DNA of 63,982 nucleotides, filler included, from Phoronis australis (GCA_002633005.1; 6 parts of 6 records of this genome joined end to end with filler, not necessarily neighbours in it); one strand, 5' to 3'; numbered from the whole stretch's first letter, positions 39,285 to 53,459 are shown. Made by a program: numbers and translations. Notes: generated by a model from the sequence alone, not told the origin.

Positions 39285-39498
39285 CATGCGCGCACCCAGC
39301 CTAAAATATAGGGGATGTGAATCATTTACTAAAGAAAAAAACGGGCTATGAATTGTGCGTATGCCGAATACTGCCTTTTTATGGGACTTTTGTCTCATTT
39401 TACTCAGTCTTTTTGTTTCTCTGAGGCGGACCTTTTGCCCACTTTTCCAAATGGGGGGCTCGTTCGAGCTCCCCGAGACCCCCCCGGGTGCGTGCATG
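39285..39498. mobile_element. MITE with 5-bp TSD (hAT5-like)
   Basis: TIR CATGCGCGCACCC/GGGTGCGTGCATG, TSD CACGG. Confidence 0.75.
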
Positions 39499-40859
39499 CA
39501 CGGAGCATGCCATGACAGACACACCCACATTACAAATAAGATGTAACCATACAGTAGGCATGCGCAGAATCTCCAGACGTTGAAAAGTGTACATTTTTGG
39601 GACACACTCTGTATCATTTCCCGGGCCCAGCAACCAGAAACTGGACTACAGGCTGTTTCATCAATTGATTGTGAAACGGCCACAAAGACACTCATACCAG
39701 GCACCTCGGGACCTCAAATTTCCAAAAATTACTTCAAAGAATGGCCAAAACTGGATCATAATAAAACGAGCCTTGATCTTCGACCCAGAGCAGAGAAATA
39801 GGTAAGAATCCACTGTTGGAACGCAGCTATACATGTAGTTACTTCAGGCAGCTCTCAGCTACTCGTCAGTGCGCTGGAGCCCGAGTCCCATTCTTACACT
39901 TCGTGAAACTTTGTTGGTTAACGACGGTTACTCAAATCCCTGTGGCGGCTTACCCGGTATTACTCCCCACCTATGGCGGAAATGGGGGGCTCCGTACAAA
40001 TACGGTGACATCAAGAGAACGGGGGGATGACGATAGCAAGGGGGTGGGTTGGCGAATTCAAATTGGTTTGTGACCCCCCCGCTCCCCAATAATTTTTTCC
40101 TTCCTACGAATCTGTCAAATTATAGATATTGAAGTCTCCGTGTCCATAGGATTCCTGGAGTTTATAGTTGCAACGTGGTGCTTAAATTTACATTTATTTG
40201 GTAGAAATTTCCTGGCTTTTAATTCTCATTCAAAACTAACTTTGCTGAACACGCGAAATAGAACTTTGAAAACCAATTTGTCCGCAAAAACTCTCGCATC
40301 AGCTATAACCTGTTCTAAAGGTTATAGTTGGATGCTGGCAGGGAATTGGCAATCTGAAAATGAGCAAGATGGTACTGTGACAATTTCTAACCTCTTGGGC
40401 TGATGCAACAGAGCTAAGTAAATGGAACGCGCCTTGAGTAGGTCATGCGTCATTCAAACACGGGTTCAAAGTCATTAATACATACTTAAGAGTGTACATA
40501 TTTACATAGACTAACTAATTTAGCAAGTATTGATTTCATGTTGATAAAGAACGAGAATATTTTCATGTACTTTTAAGAAGGTTTGTCTACTCACTTGTGC
40601 ACTCTCAAAGACCATTTCTTTGAACCGACAGTTAAGGGTTTCTTTTCTGCTTTTAGTCAAACTGGTCCTAAAGTTGCTCTTTTCCCGTCACAACCATCGA
40701 AATTTGTTTAGCGGTTGCCGTCTTTGTTAAGCGATCTATTTTTACACATCGATGTTCTGAATATGTGAACAGATTTTCGTTTAACAAACCCCCTCGTTTT
40801 TCTCTGTCTTATGGAAATCACAACCGATGGGGTTTTGATTGCCATTGAAGAAACTCAGG

Positions 40860-41498
40860 AACTAATTAACCCACTTAAGCTTGTCTCTCGTCATCTGAAT
40901 TCTACACATTTAGAAATTTTGTTCAAATCCTTTGTACTTCCACACATTAATTATTGTGATATTATATATCAGTGCCAATACGGGTGCACTCCAACATTTG
41001 GAGAAGTTACAATATCAAGCCGCCTTACTCATAACCGGAGCTTACAGGGGATCCAATAGTGTTAAGGTTTTGAATAGTCTCAAGTGGCCCAAACTGTCTA
41101 CTCGACGCAATCTTCACATGACCACATTTACTTTCAAGGTAATAAACAATATCAACAACGTGTCTGTCAAAAAAATATTTGATCTATATACTAGGCAAGG
41201 CCATCGTAGTGATTTGAGATCCTCCACCCCATATGCAATTCCTCCGTCGTTCAGTCAGGCATTCAGAAGGTCTACAGTCATGATGTGCATCAACGACTGG
41301 AATTCTCTTCCAGTCTCTGTTAAGGAAAGCAACTCTTTTCCGAGTATAAAAAATAATTTTAGAACTGTTTTTCATAATTTTGATAACTCAACACCCTTGA
41401 CTCAATTCTCCCTTACCCGCGATAACGAAATAGCATTGTACAGATCAAGATGTGGCCTTTTCCTCAACTCTGACAAGTTCAGGCACAACTTTAGTAAT
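40860..41498 (+). mobile_element. CR1/L2-group LINE ORF2 C-terminal fragment (frameshifted, runs into a gap)
   Basis: FKSFVLPHINYCDIIY / LEKLQYQAALLITGAYRGSN...LKWPKLSTRR...WNSLP. Confidence 0.85.
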
Positions 41499-44294
41499 NN
41501 NNNNNNNNNNNNNNNNNNNNNNNNNNNNNNNNNNNNNNNNNNNNNNNNNNNNNNNNNNNNNNNNNNNNNNNNNNNNNNNNNNNNNNNNNNNNNNNNNNNN
41601 NNNNNNNNNNNNNNNNNNNNNNNNNNNNNNNNNNNNNNNNNNNNNNNNNNNNNNNNNNNNNNNNNNNNNNNNNNNNNNNNNNNNNNNNNNNNNNNNNNNN
41701 NNNNNNNNNNNNNNNNNNNNNNNNNNNNNNNNNNNNNNNNNNNNNNNNNNNNNNNNNNNNNNNNNNNNNNNNNNNNNNNNNNNNNNNNNNNNNNNNNNNN
41801 NNNNNNNNNNNNNNNNNNNNNNNNNNNNNNNNNNNNNNNNNNNNNNNNNNNNNNNNNNNNNNNNNNNNNNNNNNNNNNNNNNNNNNNNNNNNNNNNNNNN
41901 NNNNNNNNNNNNNNNNNNNNNNNNNNNNNNNNNNNNNNNNNNNNNNNNNNNNNNNNNNNNNNNNNNNNNNNNNNNNNNNNNNNNNNNNNNNNNNNNNNNN
42001 NNNNNNNNNNNNNNNNNNNNNNNNNNNNNNNNNNNNNNNNNNNNNNNNNNNNNNNNNNNNNNNNNNNNNNNNNNNNNNNNNNNNNNNNNNNNNNNNNNNN
42101 NNNNNNNNNNNNNNNNNNNNNNNNNNNNNNNNNNNNNNNNNNNNNNNNNNNNNNNNNNNNNNNNNNNNNNNNNNNNNNNNNNNNNNNNNNNNNNNNNNNN
42201 NNNNNNNNNNNNNNNNNNNNNNNNNNNNNNNNNNNNNNNNNNNNNNNNNNNNNNNNNNNNNNNNNNNNNNNNNNNNNNNNNNNNNNNNNNNNNNNNNNNN
42301 NNNNNNNNNNNNNNNNNNNNNNNNNNNNNNNNNNNNNNNNNNNNNNNNNNNNNNNNNNNNNNNNNNNNNNNNNNNNNNNNNNNNNNNNNNNNNNNNNNNN
42401 NCCCCCCCAGCCCCCTATTGTGCGCCGCCCATGTAAAATGTGTGCTGTGCAGTTGAGTAACTTGCTTGGCCGAAAATTTAAGTTTCGCATATGTATTCAG
42501 AAAGAAGAAACATATTTGCACATGAAAAAAATATATTATTTCGTCAGATTGCAAATATGCCCTGCTCAATAACTGCTATTCGTCAAGAATGAGAAAATAG
42601 CATTAGTAAGATATCGGGCCATGTTTATCTATCCCTGTCTCTAGGCCTTCACCCTGTACATGAACAGGTCGAAGGCACTCACTGAAGTTGTTGGTATCAG
42701 AAACGCCTCTAAACATTTTTTCCGACCAGTTGCTGGACATCAGATACAAGTGACAAGCAGCTAGGAGCTCGAATTTCCAATATGATTAGAAAAATTCGTT
42801 TACCTCTGTTTTGGTTACCTTTACAAGAACCTTTGTAAGCGTGGAGACGACTTGGATACGCAGTTTCGCTAACTATGTCACCTCGAAGTAAATAAAAATT
42901 TTCACCGGTTGCTCACAAAAGTGTAGTCAGAGAAATTTCATTGATAAGCGTGCAGGCCATAGGGCTCATTGGTTGCGACTTACTTAGAAGCACTTACAGT
43001 ACGGAATTAGTCAATTGCCACCTACTTAAACAACAATTGGACGTTCATTGCCATCTCGGAAGCAAGTTTTAAGACTAGATCAGTTAATGGTATTTGTCAG
43101 TCGATTTTTTGGGCTTGCGGGACTTAAGCAGACACTTCACTGAAACCTGCCGTTTTTTATTCGAGGCACACCGACTGGCATATAGTTTGAATTCAACACG
43201 CAACATTTCCTGACTATCACAAATATTTGACGGAATTTCACAACCGTATCAGACTAAATTTTGCATCTCCTTCTTTACGTTCTTATACGCAATTTGAACC
43301 TTTTTGATCATAAAGCCAGTTCTCAATTATTTTGAGTGCAGTTTGCTCTGCCAATGCCGTGGCCTACAATGCAGTGGATCTAAACAACTTGCCTTGGTGC
43401 TGAATCTTTTCGCGAGGAACACAGGGTTGGAAAACATGTTTCAAAAGCATGTCAATCTCTTTGATCTAAACAACTTCCTGTCACCGCAAATTTCAAGGAA
43501 GAGTTCACCGATGGACGTCCAACTGCATAAAACCCGTGAGTTTGTTTGTATTTCATGAATCGGTTTTTGCTTCGTAAATGTTTGCAAACCCGTCATAACG
43601 AGGCTGCGTACCTGTCTGCTGACACTGTCTTTGGAAATTCGATGAGTGATAAAATTGCGCACTTTGGTGCTATAGAAATAGTACATGTGTACATGCACGT
43701 ACAGCATGTTAGGGTAATTCAGAATGTTTTTGCGAAAGTAGATGCCGCCAAAAGTAATACACATGTTCTTGGTGGCTTACATTGTTGTTGTTTACATACA
43801 TGTTACCAGCGCTTACATATGCTATCAGTAATATTACTAAGCGGCCTTAGCCAACTTTGAGGGCTTCGTCGAGAGAAATACATGTACATCATTCTTGAGC
43901 GTCCCCAATTCAGAAGCAGGGATCAACAGCATTATTAGTATTATGTTTTTAGCAATTCCATTTTCTTATTGTTGAATATTATTGAAAAGCATGAATAAAT
44001 GACACTTGTGGCGTTAAAGGTGATACAGATTAATGAGCTGGCAATCAAATTATCATTAATCTTTTTTCTTTACTAGAGTATATCTACCAATGCTGCTTCT
44101 GAAGTTGGCCAGATTTTGGTTTTGACCTTTGTCACGTTTAACACGTGGTAGGGCAAGCGCGCATTAATCAAAGGCAGGGCAAGAAAAATAGAATGATCAG
44201 TAACATTAACAGAACAATGCTTTTAGTGAATAGGTGCAGAAAATGTGTTAATTACAAAACTGAAAAGCGTCAAATGATCAGCTATCTTCTTTAA

Positions 44295-45970
44295 AGGAGA
44301 ATGCCACCCGATTTAATTAAGTCCTTTTTATCGTCTTAATCGATCTATATCCACATCACCTTGTTTCCGGTAGACCATACCTTGCCGAAAGGTGTCGCAT
44401 TAACCTGTGAGGAAGGTGAGAAACGACTCATCGACGGCAATGGTTCTTCTGCAGCGTGAGTGCCGCTGTAGTGTGGTGTATCGGTCCCGCTTGTGAGAAC
44501 TATGAAGCTGCGAGGAAAGCGAGTATATCGTTTTTTCGATTTCATCGAGAGCCTACAATGCTTCGGAAGTGGCTCGCGTTTGTGAAGAATAAAAAACGCC
44601 GTTAATACGGCGGTACAAAGTCGAGACACATCTGCGTTTCTGTAAGAATATGTTTCACTTGCGAAATTTCGGAGCAGCAAACGCAAGCGTCAGTCGTTTC
44701 CATTATCGTGCACTTAGCGCACTGAACATGACAAGTCGGAACTATTCATATGTTCCGTTGTTTGTGCACTATTATTTCTTGATCAGTGTATTCCGGTTCA
44801 AACTGACAACCTGTGAAACCTAACGATCGACCTGTGAAGTCTTCTCGGATGAGCACTTGTCTAAGTCAGGATTGCGAGTTGCCACATTGACGTTTAATAT
44901 TGTGCGTTTTGTTTCAAAATGAATTATTCCCACCCTAACCAATGCTTAGATAAATTTGAAACAAAATCTGTCTCATTAGATATAATTTGCAATCCCTTGG
45001 TGTGTTCGTGAGTGCTGATGTTCTAAGAAGCCAGCAACTATTAAATTACTGCGTCACCGGCTTCAGATGCAATAAACTAAGTGACCGGGAACCGAGGCCG
45101 TGTGAGCGCATGCTAATTCAGTGTTTGCTTACAGAAAGCTGGTGTGAAACAACAGTTCGATTTTATATCCTATGGTCAGATGTTTGGGGAATCTTTATTT
45201 CGATATACATACACTGTATGCATAATTCGAATCATTGTTACTGTACATCTTTGCCCTGACGGTTGTGTGGAAGGGTAACGTGACTTCGCGGCCCTCGACG
45301 AGCTAGTAGAGACATTTGCAGTTTCGGGCCTAATTCACCAAACTAATTACGTGCACATTTTTGCTTCGGCTCATTAGTATAGTCTTTTCGTGAGGGGAAG
45401 TTTATTTTTTTTTAAATTTGGCTGGTTTTTATGTTCGTGATGTCTTCAGTGCTGACACGATGGGTATGATCGGGTTCCGAGCCACTGGCCGGGATAGCAT
45501 GCGTTTTGTGTGTTGAGAACTGAAAAAAATCGCAAGTCTAAAACTACAACACACAGCTATGATCTCATGTCTGTATTCCACGGACGAATAGTTTGAATTA
45601 ATCACCTAACAGACCTCAAACTCCCGCGACCAACCTTTGTAGGCTACCGTACGTTGAAATACCTAAAAATTCGCAACAGCGAAATAAAATAACATGTTTG
45701 TTCAACAACTCGATGTATCTGTAAGGGTTTTACATCAAATTTTCATGATTAATTGGTGTAAAACAATAAATTCAAGCGATAAGCTGACACCAGTAAGCCT
45801 TTTGTGAACTGCTGAACAGACTGCATTCGAACCTCTGACGTCATTGGTTAATTTTAACACCTTCGTCTGCCGTCAGATGTCAGGTAAAAGAGCTGTATTA
45901 AATGATATCGAGAGGAACTTACTCCACCTAAATTGATATAAACTATGTTGCTTTTGGGTGGCATTCTCCT
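44295..45970. mobile_element. Kolobok-like non-autonomous DNA transposon
   Basis: Perfect TIR AGGAGAATGCCACCC/GGGTGGCATTCTCCT flanked by TTAA on both sides. Confidence 0.8.
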
Positions 45971-46079
45971 TTAAGGTTACTGATTTGAAATTCATATAAA
46001 TATAATTAACGAGTGGACTGCTCGGCATGTGTCACGTGATGAACAGAGATCATGCAGAAGCCAACCTCCACTCAATTAG

Positions 46080-46228
46080 ATCAAATGGAGAGTCTCAATT
46101 TATCACATTACTGGATTTGGAAAAATTGAAAACTTTGCAAATGACACTCAATTGTCTACCCTGCTCACGCGGACACTTTTCGTTAATGAATACAAAGTGG
46201 AGGAAAAGCGATGTTCGCTTCAGCTCAG
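46080..46228 (+). CDS. Possible upstream exon of the meteorin-like gene
   Basis: Strong CAG|GTAAGT donor; one frame ends EEKRCSLQL(R) in phase 2, matching the exon at 49048 and resembling meteorin (E/D)RCSWxGS; 5' boundary uncertain. Confidence 0.4.
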
Positions 46229-46370
46229 GTAAGTGACTAAATACCCTGTACTTTTAGTTTCTTTCCTTCAAAAAAAAAATATAAAAAATTAGTGTACAGT
46301 TAATGAGACGTTTATTTTTTTACTTCGAACGACATTTGTGATCACGAATGCAATATAGCTGTATGTAACT

Positions 46371-46657
46371 CAATAGGATATTAAACTTGCTCAAGGAATT
46401 ATACGTAACTGCATATAACACAACAAGATATTAAACTTACTCAATGAATTAAACATATCTGTATATAACACAACAAGATATTAAACTTGCTCAATGAATT
46501 AAACATATCTGTATATAACACAATAAGATATTAAACTTGCTCAATGAATTAAACATATCTGTATATAACACAATAAGATATTAATCTTGCTCAATGAATT
46601 AAACATATCTGTATATAACACAATAAGATATTAAACTTGCTCAATGAATTAAACATA
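46371..46657. repeat. 50-bp minisatellite, about 5.7 copies
   Basis: CAATAAGATATTAAACTTGCTCAATGAATTAAACATATCTGTATATAACA repeated. Confidence 0.95.
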
Positions 46658-48640
46658 CACGTATCTTACAGTACTGTGCGAACGTACATTGGTGTTAACA
46701 TATTACGTAGCAATAATGTGTTTTATCTTATCAAATACCCGAATGCCTTAAACCGGTGTTTACGCTCCCAAGATAATTGAGAAACTGAAGGAAGCCACCT
46801 ATGCAAAATGACAACAAGTCTTTACTTTCTCCTTTTTTCTGTGGTTACGCATGTGCATGGGTTATTTGCACAGAACCAAAATCATTGCAAAGAAAGTTTG
46901 TGGTTAGATAGGTAAGTTTTAAAGGGGGGAACGTTGTACGAAGGTACGAAGCTAGTTTCTTTCAATTTAGGCGAGGCAACGCAGGTCTGTATGAAGATAC
47001 GACGGGCTTTACATGCGGAGTACGTGATTTCACCAGCTTTCAAGTAGGAATGGGCCTTAACCATTTCTTGCGTCGATACATTCCATCGGTGTATATTCTA
47101 TGAACTTTCATCGCTATGCGCTGCGTCACAAATGATCGGGCTATGCTCTTTTTCTTAGACATCCACTGCGAGAGAGCGAGCATATGTAAAAATTACACGC
47201 TCGAGTTCTCAACGTCTGCGTATCAAAAGGGTGGAAATCTTCTGAAAATAAAAGTTCCAAACTTCACAAAGTCTATTTCATGCGGTGGTTTGCTAAGCTT
47301 CATGTTGCACAATGCCTGCTGAGAGCATAAAATAAAATTCTTGAAAAATTGGTCACAAGTAAATGCACAAAATTGTCGTCACTTGGACTATTCACCTCCT
47401 AAGCTGATTTCAGACCCTAACAGGACCATTAGCCTAAAGCTGTTGTAAATTCATTTTCCGCATAAGAATAACTTTTAAGACCACTTTCAGTTATTCGAAG
47501 CGTATGGGTTAAATACAAAACGAAACGTACCTCGATTAGCGTGGATGGGCGGGGGTGCTATTTATGGTGGTCGGGAGGTAGATTTTTGCCCTCACTCGAG
47601 GAAAATTACCCCCTCAGAAGGCACTGGCGCCTTTCCCCTCGGATAAACAAGGTCCCTGAAGAAACATTAGAGCTATGCTTGCTCTGTCAAGCTAACTAAA
47701 ATTGAGCTCTAAAACGAGATGGATGGGTTATTTTTTCGGGTTCTGCTTTGGAATAACGAATTAGGTGTTTTAACTTTAAATTTAACTTGGTCCAGATTGA
47801 TATTTGAAACCTAACACATGAAATAAATGTAAGAATTATTAAAACCAAGAAAGCAAAATTGATGATCAAATGATTTTTAGTTTCAATTACGATACTGGTT
47901 TTTTATTTTAATAAAAATATATTTAACAGCATCAATCATTCTTGCAGATCAATGACAAATGAACTCTTAGCCCCGGTAGTCCCTACCTCACTACCAGGAC
48001 GTAGGCTATGCACGATGTTAATATTCTTGATCAACACATTAAACCAGATGTGACTTGCACATGACAGCAAAATGTGATGAGCCACCACTGTCGAATACAT
48101 CTTCAACTCGTCAACAATACCAGAAGATGACTGGATTCGTGTAGAAAGCATTAACAATTTACAAGGAAAAACGTAACCCTGCATTCAGCATATATCTAAT
48201 CCGTAACATGATCGCCGCAATTTGGTCGTATTTACTTTTCATGTTTCGAACCTAGTTTTCCCAAAAACTTATACCCTTTCGTCAGAAAACTATTTGTTGC
48301 ATTGACTTGTTCTCTTATGTATTTTTTAAGTCTCTGTGGTCAATTATCGACACATTTGTATTTGAACGTTATGCTTCCAAGTCATTCTTGGGATATATCT
48401 ATTGTTCATTTCAACGGACCTGAACTCAAAATCAGAAAGACTATTGTTTCCAGACGGTATTTAATTCATCAGCACTTGATTGACTTCATGGGTTCGGCCG
48501 GGTCAACTGGCTAATCCATCTCATTGCCAGTTCTCGATTTCGACTGGTGGCGGAACCGGCGAAGTCGATCAAGTGCAGTCAATGGTATATGTTGCTTTGT
48601 TTTAACGATACAGAATTGTAACTACTAAGGATTCTTTTGG

Positions 48641-48843
48641 CATAGACGACGAAAATTTACCTCTTGGACGTTTTTGACCTCGTTGTTCCGGCGGCCATCC
48701 CGGACGGGGTGAATCAGGTTTCTAGCTCCGCCCATTCCCATCGTCACATCTCACGTCCGGGAGTTCAACAGTCATCAGTTTGAGGACATATGCCGGAACA
48801 ACGAGGCCAAAAACGTTCACGAGGTAAATTTTCTTCGTCTATA
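48641..48843. mobile_element. Small MITE
   Basis: ~50-bp imperfect TIR TAGACGACGAAAATTTACCTC...CCTCGTTGTTCCGGC / GCCGGAACAACGAGG...GAGGTAAATTTTCTTCGTCTA. Confidence 0.75.
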
Positions 48844-49047
48844 TGCTAAAAAAAATTCAGTAAACATGTTTATTCTGGACGTATGATTTTACTTAGTACT
48901 TTAATATCCAGAATTGTATTACAACGAATGCTAAGATCATGGGCGGTTGTTTTTTTGTTTGGACATTTAAATCTCAAAGATAACTTTAAAGTTTGAAATT
49001 GCGAATTTTGTTTTCCCAAAAGCGAGCAAAGTCTCGTTCTGTTGTAG

Positions 49048-49283
49048 GTCGGTCAACGTCATGGACAACAAGGCGGAATATGACTACACATTAAACAATA
49101 CATGTGACCATGGCGAGGTCATGTGGAATTATCCGCATGGTACTATGAGACTTCATTTCAAAAATACCAAAGAAGGTGGAATCTTTAGGGTTTGCATTGT
49201 CAAAAATTTTCTATCTTCGTATGTGGACAAAATGTATGACGTAACCAATGGAGGACAAACACCTATGACCACAAGTGAAGATG
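49048..49283 (+). CDS. Meteorin/METRNL-like protein, N-terminal (CUB-like) domain exon
   Basis: ttgtag acceptor and G|gtaaga donor; TCDHGEVMWNYPHGTMRLHF...FRVCIV matches the meteorin motif C..G.V.W.YP.G.L...VCI. Confidence 0.7.
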
Positions 49284-50655
49284 GTAAGAGAAAATGAAAT
49301 GCTAGCAAATAGTTTTTGAAGATTTAGTAAAATTAATGAACCAGATCTCGATACTTGGTTTAGGCCACTCACGGTTGTCTTGACGCGCCGACACTCTAGG
49401 CATATCAATCACGACCTCCCCCATTTTCAAATGTGCAATTGAACGGTTGATCAACCCCAACAAACTTTGGAAGTCCCCAATGCTTTTGACGTTTATTTCT
49501 AAGTAGCGTAACATAACTTGAACATGTATAAAAAAGACAAGAGATGCAAATTATACTCAAATTTACTCTATATGTGTACCCACCTGAAGCTGATGAGGTG
49601 CAAAATGGCCAAAATTTGAACTTTTCTAACCAATGGTAAGGCTCACTCGGTTGTCAAAATACATTTCTGCAGTAAGTTGCACTGTGAACTGAATGGTGAA
49701 CAGCTGGTATCAGCCGACAACAATAGATAGCGCTAGCTCACGTTATTGGTGTGCAACGGCATTGAGGTGAGAATCCCCTAATAGCCCCAGGTCAAGAACC
49801 AAATTATCTCAAGTGGCTTGATCAAGTTAATAAATGTAGGTAAATGACCCTTGTGTCTCCAAATAGTAAAAATGTGGCGCTAGAAGAGAGCGTCTGTTAG
49901 GGACAAAATTTTGGCCACGATACTGACAAATGCGTAGGGATTGACGTTGTCATGTTAATTACCTTAGTTGTTCAAAACATTACCCAAACGAAATGAGAAC
50001 GGCCTGTAAGACAATATTAGATCGTGGTAGTGGGATTTTTCTAGATTTTTTACACTTCAAAAGAATGGTACGTAATGTAGAGAGATACATGCAGTTATCA
50101 TACTTTTAGATATTCTTTGAACATGGTGGATAATTGACCTGCAAGTCGTGATGCGGGACAAAGGACTGTGGGATAGTTTAAGATTAGCATTTAGGTAAAG
50201 CCTCGATTTGAAAATTACTTTCGACCGGAGTTGAAACCAAATGGAAGGTTTTTGTAATACGAGTACACTTCAAAAAGTTCTGCAATGTTTTTATAGTCTC
50301 CGACACGCGCAATGTTATGTAAGAATTAAGTTGTATTTCACAATTGAGACAACCGAGTAAAATAACAATGATTTCCATTGAGAAGATAGATCAACACATG
50401 AAAGATTACGAATCGATTGACGGGACATTTCGTGCTGCTCGATTTTCCAATGACTTTTAAAATGGCATACTTCGTTTCCTTTAGTTTGGTTTCGTATCTC
50501 GTTTTACTGAATAAAGTAAGTCTTCACACCTCAAAAGGGCTGATGAGCTTAGCTAGGAGAACTAGACGGGTTACATGTAACATAGTGCTTAGTTCGGAAA
50601 TTGAATTTTTTATCTGGATAAGCGCAAGATCAACTCAAAAAAGACACGCCGGTGA

Positions 50656-50813
50656 CAGTGGCGGATTTAGGGGAGGACAAGGGGGCCATGACATCCCCTA
50701 AAATCCTTGCAGATTCCATTTCGCAGTTCGGGGTGCGAAAGTCTGACGGCAAAATCCTGGCTAATACTTTGCCCTGGCCGGCCCCCTAAGTTAAAATCCT
50801 GGATCCGCCCCTG
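50656..50813. mobile_element. MITE with 5-bp TSD (hAT5-like)
   Basis: CAGTGGCGGAT...ATCCGCCCCTG, TSD GGTGA. Confidence 0.75.
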
Positions 50814-51080
50814 GGTGAAATTTGTAAGGAATGAGCAATGTTTAAATGTTTGAGTTTTAGGATACTTTATGTTGGCATTCGTCCCATTGTAATTTATGAC
50901 ATACATGCATACATGTTCATACTCAGTACATGTAGTTGTGAGCGTTGGGAAACCCTCAATATCGTTTTAAAATATCACCTGAGGCATGAAGATTTACTAG
51001 TATACACAACGACTGAGTTCATAACTGGGAGAAAGTATTGTTTGAATACATGTATAATATCACATGTATTTTTCTTCCAG

Positions 51081-51190
51081 GTGAGCTGTCTTGCACTCGG
51101 CCAACGGATGGCGTTGCAAGCGTGAGCTTGAGTTTCGCTACCACTTATTACATGACGACATTTGAGTATCAAGTAATACGTCATAAATAG
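51081..51190 (+). CDS. Meteorin-like protein, terminal exon
   Basis: ttttcttccag acceptor in matching phase 1; GELSCTRPTDGVASVSLSFATTYYMTTFEYQVIRHK*, resembling METRNL C....G.L...TTGFQYEL. Confidence 0.65.
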
Positions 51191-52146
51191 CATTTATAAG
51201 GATATTTTACAATCCTATAAAATGTACTATGTCGATGTACTGCAGTAAATGTACTGTACATGTACCTCTGGTAATCATTAATTTCCTAATTATGCTCAAG
51301 CATTAGTCGAGCGTCTTTACGCTAAGCATGGCAAGAATGTCATAGCAGTATCATTCTGAATTATATAAACTTATCAGTAATAGCAGTTCTTGTGCATACA
51401 TTATAAACGATTTCTGCCCATGCGGTTTCGGACATCTTTTTGAGTAAAATCATGAGGCCGACGAGACCAGTCAGTGGATCGTAGAAGCAAATAGACGCTG
51501 TGTACATGTATTACATGTTTTTACTCAGCTTACTGCAATGTAATCTTTTAAGACTGCATTGTAGTAAGCTGTAATGGTATCCGTTTAAACCAAAGTATTT
51601 TAATATCTTGGATAAAAGGATTCTAAACCTGATTTTGGCCTTTTAAGTAGGACTTTACCATTCAGTTCTCAGAAACCTGTAACCCTCGACAACCCTCATA
51701 CGCTTGGAAAATTTTGAAAACTCTGCTTAAAGGGCAAACGTGACTTACGTTTAAGGCGAGTTACACGGCAACTGTGGTGAGCGACCCCTCCCCTCCAACC
51801 AAGAACCATAGTATTCATCATGTGTCATAGGGACTGTGGTTTTTAGTTCAATAACACTTTTTTATCACTTAAGTGGGCTGCCAATTATGCATTAGCAGAT
51901 GACAGAACGAGAGTTGGTTGAAATCATCTAAACAGGTCTTAGTATCGTTTTAATTACGCATAATCTGGCATACACTGGACAACGGCAGTTTTCGTCACAC
52001 CCGCATTTGAAAAAGATAAAGTTGACAGACTGAGTTTAGAGAACATTTTGTAGTCATTATATGCCTATGTACAGGAACAGAGTACTGTTCTTTCTCCGTA
52101 TTCTGCTGGAACCCAAAAAAGACACATAGATAAATACTGGCACTCG

Positions 52147-52147
<1 letters not shown>

Positions 52148-52183
<36 letters not shown>

Positions 52184-52351
52184 NNNNNNNNNNNNNNNNN
52201 NNNNNNNNNNNNNNNNNNNNNNNNNNNNNNNNNNNNNNNNNNNNNNNNNNNNNNNNNNNNNNNNNNNNNNNNNNNNNNNNNNNNNNNNNNNNCGCACACA
52301 CACACACACACACACGCACACACACACACACACACACACTCACACACACAC
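52148..52351. repeat. (CA)n microsatellite spanning a gap
   Basis: Visible. Confidence 0.95.
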
Positions 52352-53459
52352 ATATACCCTTGTATTGGTATTGTTAGACGTACCTATGTCTGCTAAACTA
52401 ACACTTTGTCCTACTTTAAAAATACCTCTTAGGACTCAAGGACTCGAATGCGACATCAGATTTTGTCTGGTGACATGGTAAATATCCAAACTCGTCGCGA
52501 GGTCACCATGCACACATCAGAGCACGCCTCAAAATACTGCTACAAGTAAACATGACTCAGAATCGCCCTGCCAAAACCGGAAGGGTCCGAACATGAGTCA
52601 TATACAGATAACTTCTGCAAATCGTCTGCTTGGGGATATTGGGCCCGGGATCGTGCTTGGGCCCGAGGGGTAATTTGAACACCAAATACGTGAGAAACAC
52701 ACAATTTTCTCTTCGACAAAAAGGCGTTACCCGGACAATTAGGGGTCCGCCGGTTTTTCAATTCAGGCATCTAATACGTCAACTGCTCGTAGGAGCCAAG
52801 AACTTCGCAAGCCCCTACACTGGGTGTCCTTATTTTGGCCACGAGGACTGACGTCACACAATTTTTCGACATTTCTCTCAGGTAAAAATAAACCCAACTT
52901 CGACGTGAAAATGGCGCTTGCAGAGCTGCAGTTTGGAACTTTGCTTTTACCGTTTGTGACTACATTACAATTGCACATATATATACATATTACAGAAAAT
53001 GTATTCGTGAAGCCAATTAGGACCAATTTCTGTGTTATTTACTTACGAAAATTAGAAAAATGATAAATCATTACGTTCGGGTGGTCTGGGGCCGGCGGCC
53101 TGGATCAAAGCCACGTAGTTTCACCCCACAGTCTCAGAAGTTTTTCATGTTGAAAACTTCAATATCCAAATATGCTCAGCTAATTATTCCTCGGAAAGTT
53201 ACAGCACTTTGATTAAAAATGTTTCGTCAGTAACAATTCAAATTTCTAAACATGTCCGTGAACACCTACCTATTCAATTTTTCATAAACTTCTTAAAATA
53301 AAATTACTTTTCGGATGCTTTTGGGTGACACATTTTGTAATATTATGCGTTTATTTATTTGATAACTTCTCAATGCATACAATAACATAGTATAAACGTA
53401 CAAATAACGCAAATAATTAAATCAAACTTATTGGTCACCATTTCGAAACACACGCCACC

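Noticed and set aside
47950-48172. Possible exon between the meteorin-like exons
   Set aside because: An acceptor-like site is present, but the frames I translated hit stops and no motif was recognisable.
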